Shown in pieces: positions 9,634-19,299 of a stretch of DNA of 64,000 bases. This DNA comes from an uncultured Elusimicrobiales bacterium (GTDB taxonomy: Bacteria; Elusimicrobiota; Elusimicrobia; Elusimicrobiales; Elusimicrobiaceae), in NCBI GenBank assembly GCA_944326765.1, contig CALVFE010000002.1, forward strand, positions 4,058 to 68,057, in the 5' to 3' direction. The notes beneath the pieces were generated by a model, which was given only the letters and a program-made list of their open reading frames with translations, was not told the DNA's origin and ran no database searches. Positions within the stretch are counted from its first letter, which is position 1. Every line of letters begins with the position of its first letter. A program made the translations under genes and the position numbers.

Positions 9634-10722
9634 TTACAAATAGCGTAAGCGTTTAACAATTTCTTTGGCCGCCGTCATTGGATTGGGAATCCGAAGCCGC
9701 GCATAAGCGCTGCGCATGTGATGCAAATCTTTATTATATCCTGTCAGGCGGGAAAGCGCCTGCAGGAGATTGCTTTCCAGGTTTTTATCCTCTCGAACTA
9801 AGCGCGCGCAGTGTGCATTCGCTAAAATTTTAGCATTATAGTATTGGTGATTGGCCGCAGCATAGGGGAACGGAACTAATATCGCTGGCAGCCGGCAATA
9901 CATAAGTTCCGCCAATGTGCTGGCGCCGCTTCGGCAAACGGCCAAATCTGCCGTTCGCATGAGAGCATAAATTTCATGAGAATATGGCAAAACCGCTACA
10001 TTTTCCAGCCGGGTATATTCTTCGCGGATAACCCCAAACCAACGTTCTCCCGTAATATGAATGAATTGCCAAGCGTTTGTTTTGGCGGCTAATTTTTTGA
10101 TAATATGGGCACACGCTATGTTGAGCCCTTTTGCTCCCTGGCTTCCGCCAAAAATAAGCGCTGTGCGTTTTTGCGGATCCAAGCCAAGCCCTTCTAATAC
10201 GGCGGCCGGATCGGGTTTGTCGGCAAATTCTTGGCGAATGGGCGTACTGGTAAGAACGGCATTTTTTATTTTCTTGTTTACAGGCAATCCAAGCATAAAT
10301 AAGTCCGCAAATTTTCCGCACACTTTATTGGCCAATCCCAGCCGGGCATTGGAATCGTGCACGGCCGTTTTAATGCCGGAGAAATGCGCCGTAAGAATAA
10401 GCGGAAACGAAATATATCCCCCTGTTCCAATGGCTACTTCCGGATGAAATTCTTTGATGATACGGCGTGTTTCATAAAGAGATTTAAAAAACTTATATAC
10501 AAATTTGATATGCCGCAGCGGATTAATCGATCGGGGCAATCCCGTGAAGTCTATTTCCCGATAATGCAGTTTATGGGTTTCTAATACTTGTGCGGCCGGA
10601 TCGTTTTTGCGCACGATAAATAATACGCGAAGTCCTTGCCGCCTGAGTTCTTTCCCCAGCGCTAATCCGGGGTAAAAATGTCCCCCCGTTCCGCCGGAGG
10701 CAATTAAAAAACGTTTGTTCAT
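9634..10722 (-). CDS. murG: MurG N-acetylglucosaminyl transferase
   Basis: GGTGGHFYP, GTGGYIS, FGGSQGA, RSGAST, HQYYNA; start placed at MNKRFL, after the ftsW stop. Confidence 0.95.
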   Translation of the reverse strand: MNKRFLIASGGTGGHFYPGLALGKELRRQGLRVLFIVRKNDPAAQVLETHKLHYREIDFTGLPRSINPLRHIKFVYKFFKSLYETRRIIKEFHPEVAIGTGGYISFPLILTAHFSGIKTAVHDSNARLGLANKVCGKFADLFMLGLPVNKKIKNAVLTSTPIRQEFADKPDPAAVLEGLGLDPQKRTALIFGGSQGAKGLNIACAHIIKKLAAKTNAWQFIHITGERWFGVIREEYTRLENVAVLPYSHEIYALMRTADLAVCRSGASTLAELMYCRLPAILVPFPYAAANHQYYNAKILANAHCARLVREDKNLESNLLQALSRLTGYNKDLHHMRSAYARLRIPNPMTAAKEIVKRLRYL

Positions 10723-10726
10723 AGCA

Positions 10727-11974
10727 TTATTTATTCCTGTTTTTATAGTTTGTAACATCTTCACGCAGATTGTTTTGCGTATTATCTACCGCCGCCACAT
10801 TGAGGATAATCCCCATCATCACAAGCGTCATAATTACCGAAGATCCCCCGTAAGAGAAAAACGGCAGCGCGATACCTTTGGTGGGTAATAATCCAATAGC
10901 CATTGCCATATTAAAAAACGCTTGCATACAGATGGTAATAGTCAGGCCAAAAATAACTAGACTGTGGAAATGGGTTTTTGCTATACGGGCTAAAGTGATG
11001 CCCCGGATTAACAGCCAACAGAAAAAAAGCAGAATAATCACTACCCGTATCAGGCCAAGTTCTTCACACATAATGGAAAAAATAAAATCAGTATGTGCGG
11101 CCGGCAGATATTCCAACTTGAGTTCGCTGTTCCCCAATCCTTTTCCAAACCAACCTCCAGAACCTACCGCCAAAAAAGACTGAACCAACTGATATCCGGT
11201 GCTCCCGGCGGTGGCAAAAGGATCTAAAAATGAAAAAATACGATCCCGTCGGTAACTCACGAAAAATAATTGATGAATCGCGATAGGAGAAATAGCAATA
11301 GCCGGAATCGCCAAATGTTTAAATCGGGCGCCTGCCACCAGCAGCATACATACAAAAACCGCTCCCATCAACATAGGGGTTCCGATATCCCTTTCCGCCA
11401 AAATAAGGGCCAGCGTAATTCCGGCCACCACCATAGGTTTGACGAGGAGTTTCCAATTTTTAGCCAGCCGTCCAGACACATTGTTCAAATAGTCCGCCAC
11501 ATAAATAACCAATGTTACTTTTGCTATTTCGGAAGGCTGTAATTTGAAGAAGCCGAAATCGATCCAGCGGTGCACATTGGCTTGGGAACGCGTAAAAAGC
11601 ACAATCACCAGTAATACCCATGTAACATACATCAAATTCATCGGGGAGAAAATCTTTATCTTCTGCAATTTGCTGTATGTCTGCGACAAAAACAAGGCCG
11701 CCGCAATTCCCATCGCATCGAACAGTACTTGGCGTTTAAAAAAACTGGTAGAATCAAACGCGCTGGAAGAATAGGTAAAAATAAGCCCGAACAATACAAA
11801 AGCCAACGTGATAAACACCAATCGCCTGTCGGGCTGCAAGAAGGGCCGCCATTGCTGATGAGTTGGCGTACTGTGGGGAGAGAAAGAAGCGCCCCTGCCG
11901 CGAGGAATGGCGGTTGATTTCTTTATAAAATTATTGTGCCGTTTTTTAGGGGCTTTGTTAAATAAACGAACCAT
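10727..11974 (-). CDS. ftsW: SEDS protein FtsW
   Basis: LQPSEIAK, GYQLVQS, LPAAHTDFIFS, LPFFSYGGSS; dcw context. Confidence 0.95.
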   Translation of the reverse strand: MVRLFNKAPKKRHNNFIKKSTAIPRGRGASFSPHSTPTHQQWRPFLQPDRRLVFITLAFVLFGLIFTYSSSAFDSTSFFKRQVLFDAMGIAAALFLSQTYSKLQKIKIFSPMNLMYVTWVLLVIVLFTRSQANVHRWIDFGFFKLQPSEIAKVTLVIYVADYLNNVSGRLAKNWKLLVKPMVVAGITLALILAERDIGTPMLMGAVFVCMLLVAGARFKHLAIPAIAISPIAIHQLFFVSYRRDRIFSFLDPFATAGSTGYQLVQSFLAVGSGGWFGKGLGNSELKLEYLPAAHTDFIFSIMCEELGLIRVVIILLFFCWLLIRGITLARIAKTHFHSLVIFGLTITICMQAFFNMAMAIGLLPTKGIALPFFSYGGSSVIMTLVMMGIILNVAAVDNTQNNLREDVTNYKNRNK

Positions 11975-11978
11975 ACAT

Positions 11979-13073
11979 TTACCTGATTTTTAATGACGCA
12001 AGGGCTATTAACATTAACATCGCCCCCACAATCCAAAACCGCACGATTACCTTCGGTTCGGGTACGCCCAAAAGCTCAAAATGATGATGGATCGGCGCCA
12101 TTTTAAACAAGCGCTTTCCGCGTGTGAGTTTGAAATATCCCATCTGCAGCATGACCGAAAGGGTTTCCATCACAAAAATTCCGCCGGCAATCGGCAGCAA
12201 AAGTTCCTGCTTTACGCACAGTGCGGCAGTACCGATGACCCCCCCTAAAAATAACGAGCTGGTATCCCCCATAAATACCTGAGCCGGATAGGCGTTAAAC
12301 CATAGAAATCCCAAGCATGCGCCAATTAAAGCTCCCATAAAAACAGTGATTTCTCCGGCGCCGGGAACATAGATTATTTTTAAGTAATCGGCAAAATTGA
12401 TATTTCCCGCCAAATACGCGAAAATGGCGTATGTCGCTGCGGTAAATACCATACATCCGCTGGCAAGACCGTCTAAGCCGTCGGTTAAATTGGTGGCATT
12501 GGAAGACCCCACAATAACCAACATGGCAAAGGCAAAATAGAACACGGACAAATCTATAAACATCTTACTCATATACGGAATAATCAGCGAAGTGGAATAA
12601 TTGCCGTTGGGCGGATTAAGCGCTAAATATCCTACCACGACAACAGCCGTAAAAAGCTGAATCGCCAATTTAATGGAAGATTTCATTCCTTCCGGATTCT
12701 TTTTTACCAGTTTGGTGTAATCGTCCATTACGCCGGCAATCCCCAGCGTAACAGTGGTAAATAAAAGCAGCCAGATATAATTATTATCCCACCTGGCCCA
12801 TAACAGAACGCTAAGCACTAAGCTGACAAAAATAAGGATTCCGCCCATAGTGGGAGTGCCGCTTTTAGATAAGTGGGAAGCCGGCCCATATTCGCGTTCG
12901 ATTTGCTGGATTTTATAAGACCTTAATTTAGAAACCACCTTCGGGCCGATAAGCAGCGTCAGCAAGAACGACGTAAAGATGGCCGCTCCCGTTCGGAAGG
13001 TAATGTAACTAAAGATATTTAAAAAACTGATATCTTCCGTAAACAGCGAGAGATAATATAGCATAGCAATCAA
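11979..13073 (-). CDS. mraY: Phospho-MurNAc-pentapeptide transferase
   Basis: KSGTPTMGG, NATNLTDGLDGL, FMGDTSS, MAPIHHHFE. Confidence 0.97.
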   Translation of the reverse strand: MIAMLYYLSLFTEDISFLNIFSYITFRTGAAIFTSFLLTLLIGPKVVSKLRSYKIQQIEREYGPASHLSKSGTPTMGGILIFVSLVLSVLLWARWDNNYIWLLLFTTVTLGIAGVMDDYTKLVKKNPEGMKSSIKLAIQLFTAVVVVGYLALNPPNGNYSTSLIIPYMSKMFIDLSVFYFAFAMLVIVGSSNATNLTDGLDGLASGCMVFTAATYAIFAYLAGNINFADYLKIIYVPGAGEITVFMGALIGACLGFLWFNAYPAQVFMGDTSSLFLGGVIGTAALCVKQELLLPIAGGIFVMETLSVMLQMGYFKLTRGKRLFKMAPIHHHFELLGVPEPKVIVRFWIVGAMLMLIALASLKIR

Positions 13074-14413
13074 ATCTCCTTAAGGATATTTTCAAAATTC
13101 ATCGACCGCGAGGCTTTAATCAAACACGTTCCGCCTTTTTGAAGCACTGCCGCCAGTTCTTTCGTCCATTCTCCGGGCGTAGAAGCATAAAATGTTTTGA
13201 TGCCGGGAGCATCTTTCAATTTTTCATAGGCGTATTTCATTTCATTTCCCGCCAAAAAGACATATTCTACGCCATTGTCCAATACTTGGCGTGCGATTAA
13301 GCGGTGATATTCCTTGGAAGTTTCCCCTAGTTCCTTCATATCTCCCAACACGGCAATACGCGGTTTTGCGGTTTCCCGCCCCAGTATTTCCAACGCGTTT
13401 TGCATACTGGCGGGATTGGCATTATAACAATCTAAAATAAATTCTACACCTTCTTTGTGCAGCCTTTCCATACGCATGGGCATGGGCGTGTAGGACAAAA
13501 GTCCTTTTTTAACGTTATCCATATACACCCCCAGCGCAATAGCGGCGGCCGCGGCCGCCGCGGCGTTTAATTTATCGTGGCGTTCCAGCCGCAAATCCAG
13601 CACATACGCTTCGCCTTTATAGGTAAAGGCAAATTTTTCTGTTTTCAAAATTTGCAAATCTGCTCCGGCATCAAACCCAAAAGAAATACTTTTCCCTTTA
13701 AATTGGGTTTTTAAACGGGACAGCATGACGTCGTCTGCGTTATACACCAGCGTTCCGCCGAAATTAAGGCATTGGGCAATTTCAGTTTTAGTTTTATAAA
13801 CCGTTTCCAGATCATGAAAAAACTCCAAGTGGGCGGCTGATACGTTGGTAATAACCGCTACGTCCGGCACGGCCAATGAAGCGATTTCTTCAATATCTCC
13901 CGGGTGCGAAGCCCCCAGTTCAAAAATACCGTATTGGTGTTTGGGCTGAATTTCCAACAAAGAAAACGGCACCCCAAACTGGTTGTTAAAATTGCCCATA
14001 TTTGCGATGGTTTCTCCGGCGGTTTGACAGATGGCGCGCAACATTTGTTTCGTGGTGCTTTTGCCGTTAGAACCGGTAATGGCGGCGACTTTAAGAGTAC
14101 TGTTGATGCGGTGGTATTTCGCCAATGTCTGAAGCGCTTTTAAAGAATCCTCCACCAGCACAAACGAAGCGGTGGAGTCTTTTGGAATTTCGAAACCTTT
14201 TTCCGCCAGCACTACGGACGCCCCTTTTTGAAGTACTTCGGGAATAAATTGGCGTGCATCGTGGTTTTTCCCCTTTAAGGCCAAAAAAGCGTCGCCGGGA
14301 CGGATTACGCGGGAATCGGTTACAAAAGACATAACTTTTGTTTTTGGATTGCCGGATACCAGCTCGGCATTGGTAATTTTGGCAATTTTGCTGACAGTTA
14401 AATTAAGTTTCAT
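13070..14413 (-). CDS. murF: MurF ligase
   Basis: ITGSNGKSTTK, NFNNQFGVP, DCYNANPASM, LGDMKELG, KASRSM. Confidence 0.95.
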   Translation of the reverse strand: MKLNLTVSKIAKITNAELVSGNPKTKVMSFVTDSRVIRPGDAFLALKGKNHDARQFIPEVLQKGASVVLAEKGFEIPKDSTASFVLVEDSLKALQTLAKYHRINSTLKVAAITGSNGKSTTKQMLRAICQTAGETIANMGNFNNQFGVPFSLLEIQPKHQYGIFELGASHPGDIEEIASLAVPDVAVITNVSAAHLEFFHDLETVYKTKTEIAQCLNFGGTLVYNADDVMLSRLKTQFKGKSISFGFDAGADLQILKTEKFAFTYKGEAYVLDLRLERHDKLNAAAAAAAAIALGVYMDNVKKGLLSYTPMPMRMERLHKEGVEFILDCYNANPASMQNALEILGRETAKPRIAVLGDMKELGETSKEYHRLIARQVLDNGVEYVFLAGNEMKYAYEKLKDAPGIKTFYASTPGEWTKELAAVLQKGGTCLIKASRSMNFENILKEI

Positions 14414-14430
14414 ACATACTCCTTATCAAA

Positions 14431-16128
14431 TTATTCAAAATCCAATTGGTCAGGCGGAACGGCTTTCATAGCCAGCAGTCGCTCCATAATTTCTTTAAAC
14501 ACGGGGGCGGCGGTCGTGCCGCCGAAAGAGTATTTATCCGGATCGTCTAAAATAACCAGCACCGTAAATTGCGGATCGGATACCGGCGCAAATCCGCAGA
14601 AGGAAACAATGTGTTTTCGCTTGGCATAGCCGCCCTCTTTGCTTAATTTTTCTGCAGTACCGGTTTTTCCAGCCACGTTGTATCCTTTAATTTTAGCATG
14701 CTTGCCGGATCCGGTTTCCACTACGCTTTGTAAGACTTTTTTCATAATTTCGGTGGTTTCTTCTTTTAATACGCGGCGGATTTTTACGGGTTTGGATTTT
14801 TTATCCACTTTGCCGCCGGCATATTCGATACGATCTATAATATGCGGCTGCATCAGCGTACCGCCGTTGGCGATGGCGGAATAGGCGTTGATGAGCTGAA
14901 TAGGCGTAACGGCCACGCCATAGCCATATCCTTTGGTGGCCGTATCGACAACTGTCCATTTGTTAAAATGCGACAAGTTGCCTTTAGACTCGCCGTTAAA
15001 ATTGATATCCGTTTTGGTGCCGAAACCAAACCCTTTGATGTAATAGTAAAGATTTTTTGCCCCCAGTTCCAGCGCAATTTTACCGGCTCCGATATTGGAA
15101 GAAAGCTGCATTATTTCCGGGATAGAGAGAAAGTCTTTTTTATGTTGATTGTCCCGAACCGTCAGCGTAGAAGCCACCTTCCATTCTCGGCCGGACATAT
15201 CAATACTGTCCGTAATATGCACCACGCCCGCGTCTAAGGCCGAAGAAATGGCGATGGTTTTAAAAGTGGAGCCGGGTTCATAGGTAAACTGAAACGCCAG
15301 CGACTGCCCGTCTTTGACCGGATAGGAAGCCGCCGCCAAAATTTTTCCCGTTTTAGGTTCTTGTACGATGGCAACGCCGTGTTTGGCTCCGATGGCTTCC
15401 ACTTCTTTTTTCAGGGCGTTTTCCGCATAAAATTGAGCGACGGCATCAATGGTCAAATAAACATTGGCTACCGACAGTTCTTCTTTTAATTTTCGGTCAT
15501 AGATAATTTCGCCGCGCCGCGCGCGTTTAGCGCGTTTTTTGCTGATATCTTGGCTGAGTTCGCGGTTGTACATTTGCTCAATGCCCGAAAGCCCCAGATT
15601 TTTGGAGTTAGACGCCCCGATTAAGTCCATGGCGCTTGCTCCATAGGGGTGAATCCGCTCATATTCCGGCGTAAGTTCCAATCCTTGCCCGAGATTAGTG
15701 CGAAGAATTTGTGAAATTTTAATGTAAGTATCCGGTTTTATCTTTTTAGCTACAAAGAAGAAGTTTGAAGCCCGGTTCCATTTTTCCAAAATACGTTTTT
15801 TCGGAATTCCCAGCGTTTGGGAAAGGAAATCAACCGTTTTGTTTTTATTCTGTACATAGCGTTTATTTACCCCGCAGGAATGGGTGCGAACCGATTCCGC
15901 CAGTTCCCGGCCGTTTACGTCTAAAATTTTTCCGCGCAAGCGGTCTTCTGCAAGGTAATTGTAAATGGCGCGCTCAGCCTTGGAAGAAAATTCTTCATAC
16001 AAAAAGGTTTGCATATAAAACAGCCGCACAAAAATACACAGCGGCGCCAGCAAAATCAGCATACCCGCTACGCGCATACGGCTTTTTACATTGAACACAA
16101 ACGGAGAAGAACCCTTTTTTCTAAACAT
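14431..16128 (-). CDS. ftsI: Division transpeptidase FtsI/PBP3
   Basis: RGKILDVNG, EPGSTFK (SxxK), SSN, KTGTA. Confidence 0.92.
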   Translation of the reverse strand: MFRKKGSSPFVFNVKSRMRVAGMLILLAPLCIFVRLFYMQTFLYEEFSSKAERAIYNYLAEDRLRGKILDVNGRELAESVRTHSCGVNKRYVQNKNKTVDFLSQTLGIPKKRILEKWNRASNFFFVAKKIKPDTYIKISQILRTNLGQGLELTPEYERIHPYGASAMDLIGASNSKNLGLSGIEQMYNRELSQDISKKRAKRARRGEIIYDRKLKEELSVANVYLTIDAVAQFYAENALKKEVEAIGAKHGVAIVQEPKTGKILAAASYPVKDGQSLAFQFTYEPGSTFKTIAISSALDAGVVHITDSIDMSGREWKVASTLTVRDNQHKKDFLSIPEIMQLSSNIGAGKIALELGAKNLYYYIKGFGFGTKTDINFNGESKGNLSHFNKWTVVDTATKGYGYGVAVTPIQLINAYSAIANGGTLMQPHIIDRIEYAGGKVDKKSKPVKIRRVLKEETTEIMKKVLQSVVETGSGKHAKIKGYNVAGKTGTAEKLSKEGGYAKRKHIVSFCGFAPVSDPQFTVLVILDDPDKYSFGGTTAAPVFKEIMERLLAMKAVPPDQLDFE

Positions 16129-16131
16129 AAT

Positions 16132-16389
16132 TTATTTTTCTTCCAATACTACAATTTCATGCGGTTTAGCCGGAACCATACCTAATTCTTCTTCGGCGAT
16201 TTGAATAATATGCCCCGGTCTAGACAAACGAGAAATCTCCAGCTGCAGATATTGATTGCGTGCTTCTTTCACTTCCACTTCATTTTGTATCTGGCTGATT
16301 TCCCGGCCGGAACGATTGATTTCAATACGCATTACGGCTATGCCAAAACCAAACAAAGCCAATAGAAATAAGACGACAAAAACTCTCAT
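16132..16389 (-). CDS. ftsL: Cell division protein FtsL
   Basis: TM helix plus coiled coil, LEISRLS...IAEEELGM; between rsmH and ftsI. Confidence 0.85.
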   Translation of the reverse strand: MRVFVVLFLLALFGFGIAVMRIEINRSGREISQIQNEVEVKEARNQYLQLEISRLSRPGHIIQIAEEELGMVPAKPHEIVVLEEK

Positions 16390-17276
16390 ATTTTAATCCT
16401 CTCAATCACACGCAATTTAGCGCTGCGGGCGCGCCGGTTCTGGCGTACTTCTTCAAACGGGGCGGATAAAGCGTGTTTATGGATTAACAGCCAATTTCCG
16501 TCCTTAACGAGTTTTTTAAAATAGTTTTTAACTAATCGGTCTTCCAATGAATGGAACGTCAGTACCGCAGCCCGTCCGCCGGGTTTCACGATGTCCTCCA
16601 ATAAGGACAAGGCCTTTTCCACATTTTCCAATTCTTGGTTGCAGGCGATGCGAAGCGCCTGAAAAGTTTGAGTAGCCGGATGCGTTTTGCCGCGTTTTCC
16701 CCCATAGATCTTCTCGACAATTTTGGCCAGCTGGCCGGTTGTTTCAATAGGCGCCTGACGGCGTGCCTGCATAATAGCAAGTGCAATTTTGGTAAAACTC
16801 CGCTCTTCTCCGTACTCTTTTAAAATGCGTTCCAGTTCGGCCATCGGCCAGGTATTTACAATAACGGCTGCACTTAAAGGATTTTGACGGTCAAAACGCA
16901 TATCCAACGGTCCGTCGCGCAGCATGCTAAACCCGCGGGCGGGATTATCCAACTGATACGAGCTTAATCCCAAGTCAAACAGCACTCCGTCCGCTCCCTC
17001 CAATCCGAGTTTTTTTAGTTCCAGCGGAGCCTGCGTATAGCTGGCGTGAAAAGCGATCAGCCGCGGATCATTTACCCGTTCAACCGCCATCTGTAATGCT
17101 TCTTCGTCCTTATCAAACCCCAAAATACGGGCATCGGCGCCCAAGCGGCTTAAGAAAAATTTAGTATGCCCGCCCAGTCCCAGCGTGGCGTCTATATAAA
17201 CGCCCCGTGGGTTTAACAGGATTAAATCGGCAATTTGCGGCGCCATGATAGGAATATGTGTCCATATTTCGTTCAT
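16386..17276 (-). CDS. rsmH: 16S rRNA m4C1402 methyltransferase
   Basis: DATLGLGGH, DLGLSSYQLD...RGFS, HPATQTFQALRI, FHSLEDR. Confidence 0.97.
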   Translation of the reverse strand: MNEIWTHIPIMAPQIADLILLNPRGVYIDATLGLGGHTKFFLSRLGADARILGFDKDEEALQMAVERVNDPRLIAFHASYTQAPLELKKLGLEGADGVLFDLGLSSYQLDNPARGFSMLRDGPLDMRFDRQNPLSAAVIVNTWPMAELERILKEYGEERSFTKIALAIMQARRQAPIETTGQLAKIVEKIYGGKRGKTHPATQTFQALRIACNQELENVEKALSLLEDIVKPGGRAAVLTFHSLEDRLVKNYFKKLVKDGNWLLIHKHALSAPFEEVRQNRRARSAKLRVIERIKI

Positions 17277-18652
17277 CAGCCAAATCCTCCTTTGTAGGAA
17301 TTGGTAGGAACCAGCTTTAATTTGTTAATTTTCGTTTTTTGAGGAGCCGGTTTAGATGCGGGCGCTTGCGTTTTTGAGGGGTTCGCCTGGCCGGTTTTGA
17401 CAGTATCTTTCATTATTTGAGTCGGAGCAGCCGCGGGTTTCTTGTCTGAAGGCGCTTTGTTTTTTGCCTGCAGGATTTTCCCTTCTCTATAGGCTTTTTG
17501 TAAATCGTGCAGCCATACGTTTTCTAAAACGCTTACTTTGTTAAACGGCATTCCGTACGCACGGTAAAGGGCTTGGTGAAGGGGCGTATTGTCCTTGATT
17601 TCATTGCAGAGTTTATAAAATTCATCGCGGCTGCGTGTTTTAAGCAAATAGGCAACCAGACTGTATGCCTGCGTGTACCAAAGTTCCGCCTGTTCGGTAT
17701 CGTAGTCTTTTAAGGTTTCCACCACCGTCATTTCTTCGAAAGGGATATATTCGCCCTTTAAAATACGGCGCAGACTGCGGTCAATCCAACTTGGTTTTTG
17801 TTTGGTGGTATTGACTTGCATATATACAGCCATTCCTTCGGAAAGCCACAAAGGCGAAATCGTGGGCAAAAAGTAACCGTCAAAATACAGGTGTGTTAGT
17901 TCGTGAACCGAAAGCGGATAGAAACTGTTGCCTTCGATAATATACATCGTATCCGACCGTAAATCTGACGAAGCTCCCGACCAGGCCGGCCGTTTGGTAA
18001 ATTTCATATAACTGTTTTTTTCACCAAAGAGCATGACTAAAATTTTATTGGGTTTAATGATAATCGTAAAAGGGGTTAAATCCAACATCAAATTTCCGTG
18101 GATATTATCTAATACGGTTTTGATGTTGGGCGTAACGGGATTTTTTTCCCGATAAATAAGATAATTGAAGGTGTCCGCCGTCAAAAATCCAGGCGGTGGC
18201 GGCAGCCAGCGTACTTTTTGGGCAGAATCGGCCGGCCGGTACGCTTGAACGGGTAAATCTTCTATATTGTCTTCCGGAGCGAGTTTGGCGATATTTTCCA
18301 ATCCGGAGATCATTTCATTAAAATTTTTCTGCTCCGAAACAGGAGTTTCTTTATTTTCGTCGATTTCGGGAGTTTCGGCAATGTCCGTTTTTTGTTGCGT
18401 TTCTTCCGGCATAGGCGGAATCGATATTTCTGGGCGCAGTTCGCGGGCTCGGCCGCGATTGTCTATCGGGTTGGGCGGCGCTGTTTTTGCAGCCGATGGG
18501 GCTGGCGTGATTATATCGGTGTGCGGAATATCTGAAAAAAGATCTTTTAACACTTCTTTTGGATTTAGCCCAAACGACCGAAGCAGCGGAGGAGTAGCCA
18601 ATACCGCTGCTAAAATCCAAAGAAAAAAGACCAATTTCTTTACCATATTCAT
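17276..18652 (-). CDS. Membrane-anchored putative gluzincin (peptidase MA-like) protein
   Basis: N-terminal TM, Pro-rich linker, HELTH...PLWLSEGMAVY, WYTQAYSLVAYL. Confidence 0.7.
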   Translation of the reverse strand: MNMVKKLVFFLWILAAVLATPPLLRSFGLNPKEVLKDLFSDIPHTDIITPAPSAAKTAPPNPIDNRGRARELRPEISIPPMPEETQQKTDIAETPEIDENKETPVSEQKNFNEMISGLENIAKLAPEDNIEDLPVQAYRPADSAQKVRWLPPPPGFLTADTFNYLIYREKNPVTPNIKTVLDNIHGNLMLDLTPFTIIIKPNKILVMLFGEKNSYMKFTKRPAWSGASSDLRSDTMYIIEGNSFYPLSVHELTHLYFDGYFLPTISPLWLSEGMAVYMQVNTTKQKPSWIDRSLRRILKGEYIPFEEMTVVETLKDYDTEQAELWYTQAYSLVAYLLKTRSRDEFYKLCNEIKDNTPLHQALYRAYGMPFNKVSVLENVWLHDLQKAYREGKILQAKNKAPSDKKPAAAPTQIMKDTVKTGQANPSKTQAPASKPAPQKTKINKLKLVPTNSYKGGFG

Positions 18653-19299
18653 ACTTCGTGTTTTCCAAATAAAGCCAAATGGCGTTTTTTATCATCGCAG
18701 TATAATTGATAGTCATCTATTCCCAGCAAAGCCGCCTTGCATCGGGCAGCATCGCATGCATTGGTTTGCGGGTGTTCTCCCTGGAAAGCAATAAAAACGC
18801 CTCCGGGTTTTACTGCGTCTAAACACGCCTCTAAAATATCCGGTAGCTGCCCCATGGCACGTTCCGTCAGAAAATCAAAAGCGAATTTTGTTCCTTGCCC
18901 TAAACGCAGGTTTTTAACTTTGGCATTTTTTATGCCCAGATTTAAAATCGCCCAATTCATAAAAGCACAGCGTTTTTCGATACTTTCAATAAGCGTTACT
19001 TCCGCCTGCGGCAGTGAGACGGCTAAGGTCATGCCGATATATCCTGCCCCCGCCCCGGCATCTGCCAGCAGCGGGTGAGTCCACCCTTTTATTTTCGCCA
19101 TAGCATATATTTTAGCGGCAACCGTCAGCCCATCGCAGATATGGCGGGATAGAATCTCCTCTACGCCGCTGGCGCTGGTCAAATTCAAAAAATCTTTTTT
19201 CTGCCAAACCAGCCGAGCGTATTGTACCAGCCGTCCGGCTTGATCCAAACTGAGCGGCAGCCCAATCTTGGCCGCAAAATCAACGAGCCGCTTTTGCAT
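18649..19299 (-). CDS. rsmG: 16S rRNA m7G527 methyltransferase (GidB)
   Basis: LNLTS, HICDGL, DAGAGAGYIG, LIESIEKRCAF; AGGAGG SD before ATG 19299. Confidence 0.9.
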   Translation of the reverse strand: MQKRLVDFAAKIGLPLSLDQAGRLVQYARLVWQKKDFLNLTSASGVEEILSRHICDGLTVAAKIYAMAKIKGWTHPLLADAGAGAGYIGMTLAVSLPQAEVTLIESIEKRCAFMNWAILNLGIKNAKVKNLRLGQGTKFAFDFLTERAMGQLPDILEACLDAVKPGGVFIAFQGEHPQTNACDAARCKAALLGIDDYQLYCDDKKRHLALFGKHEV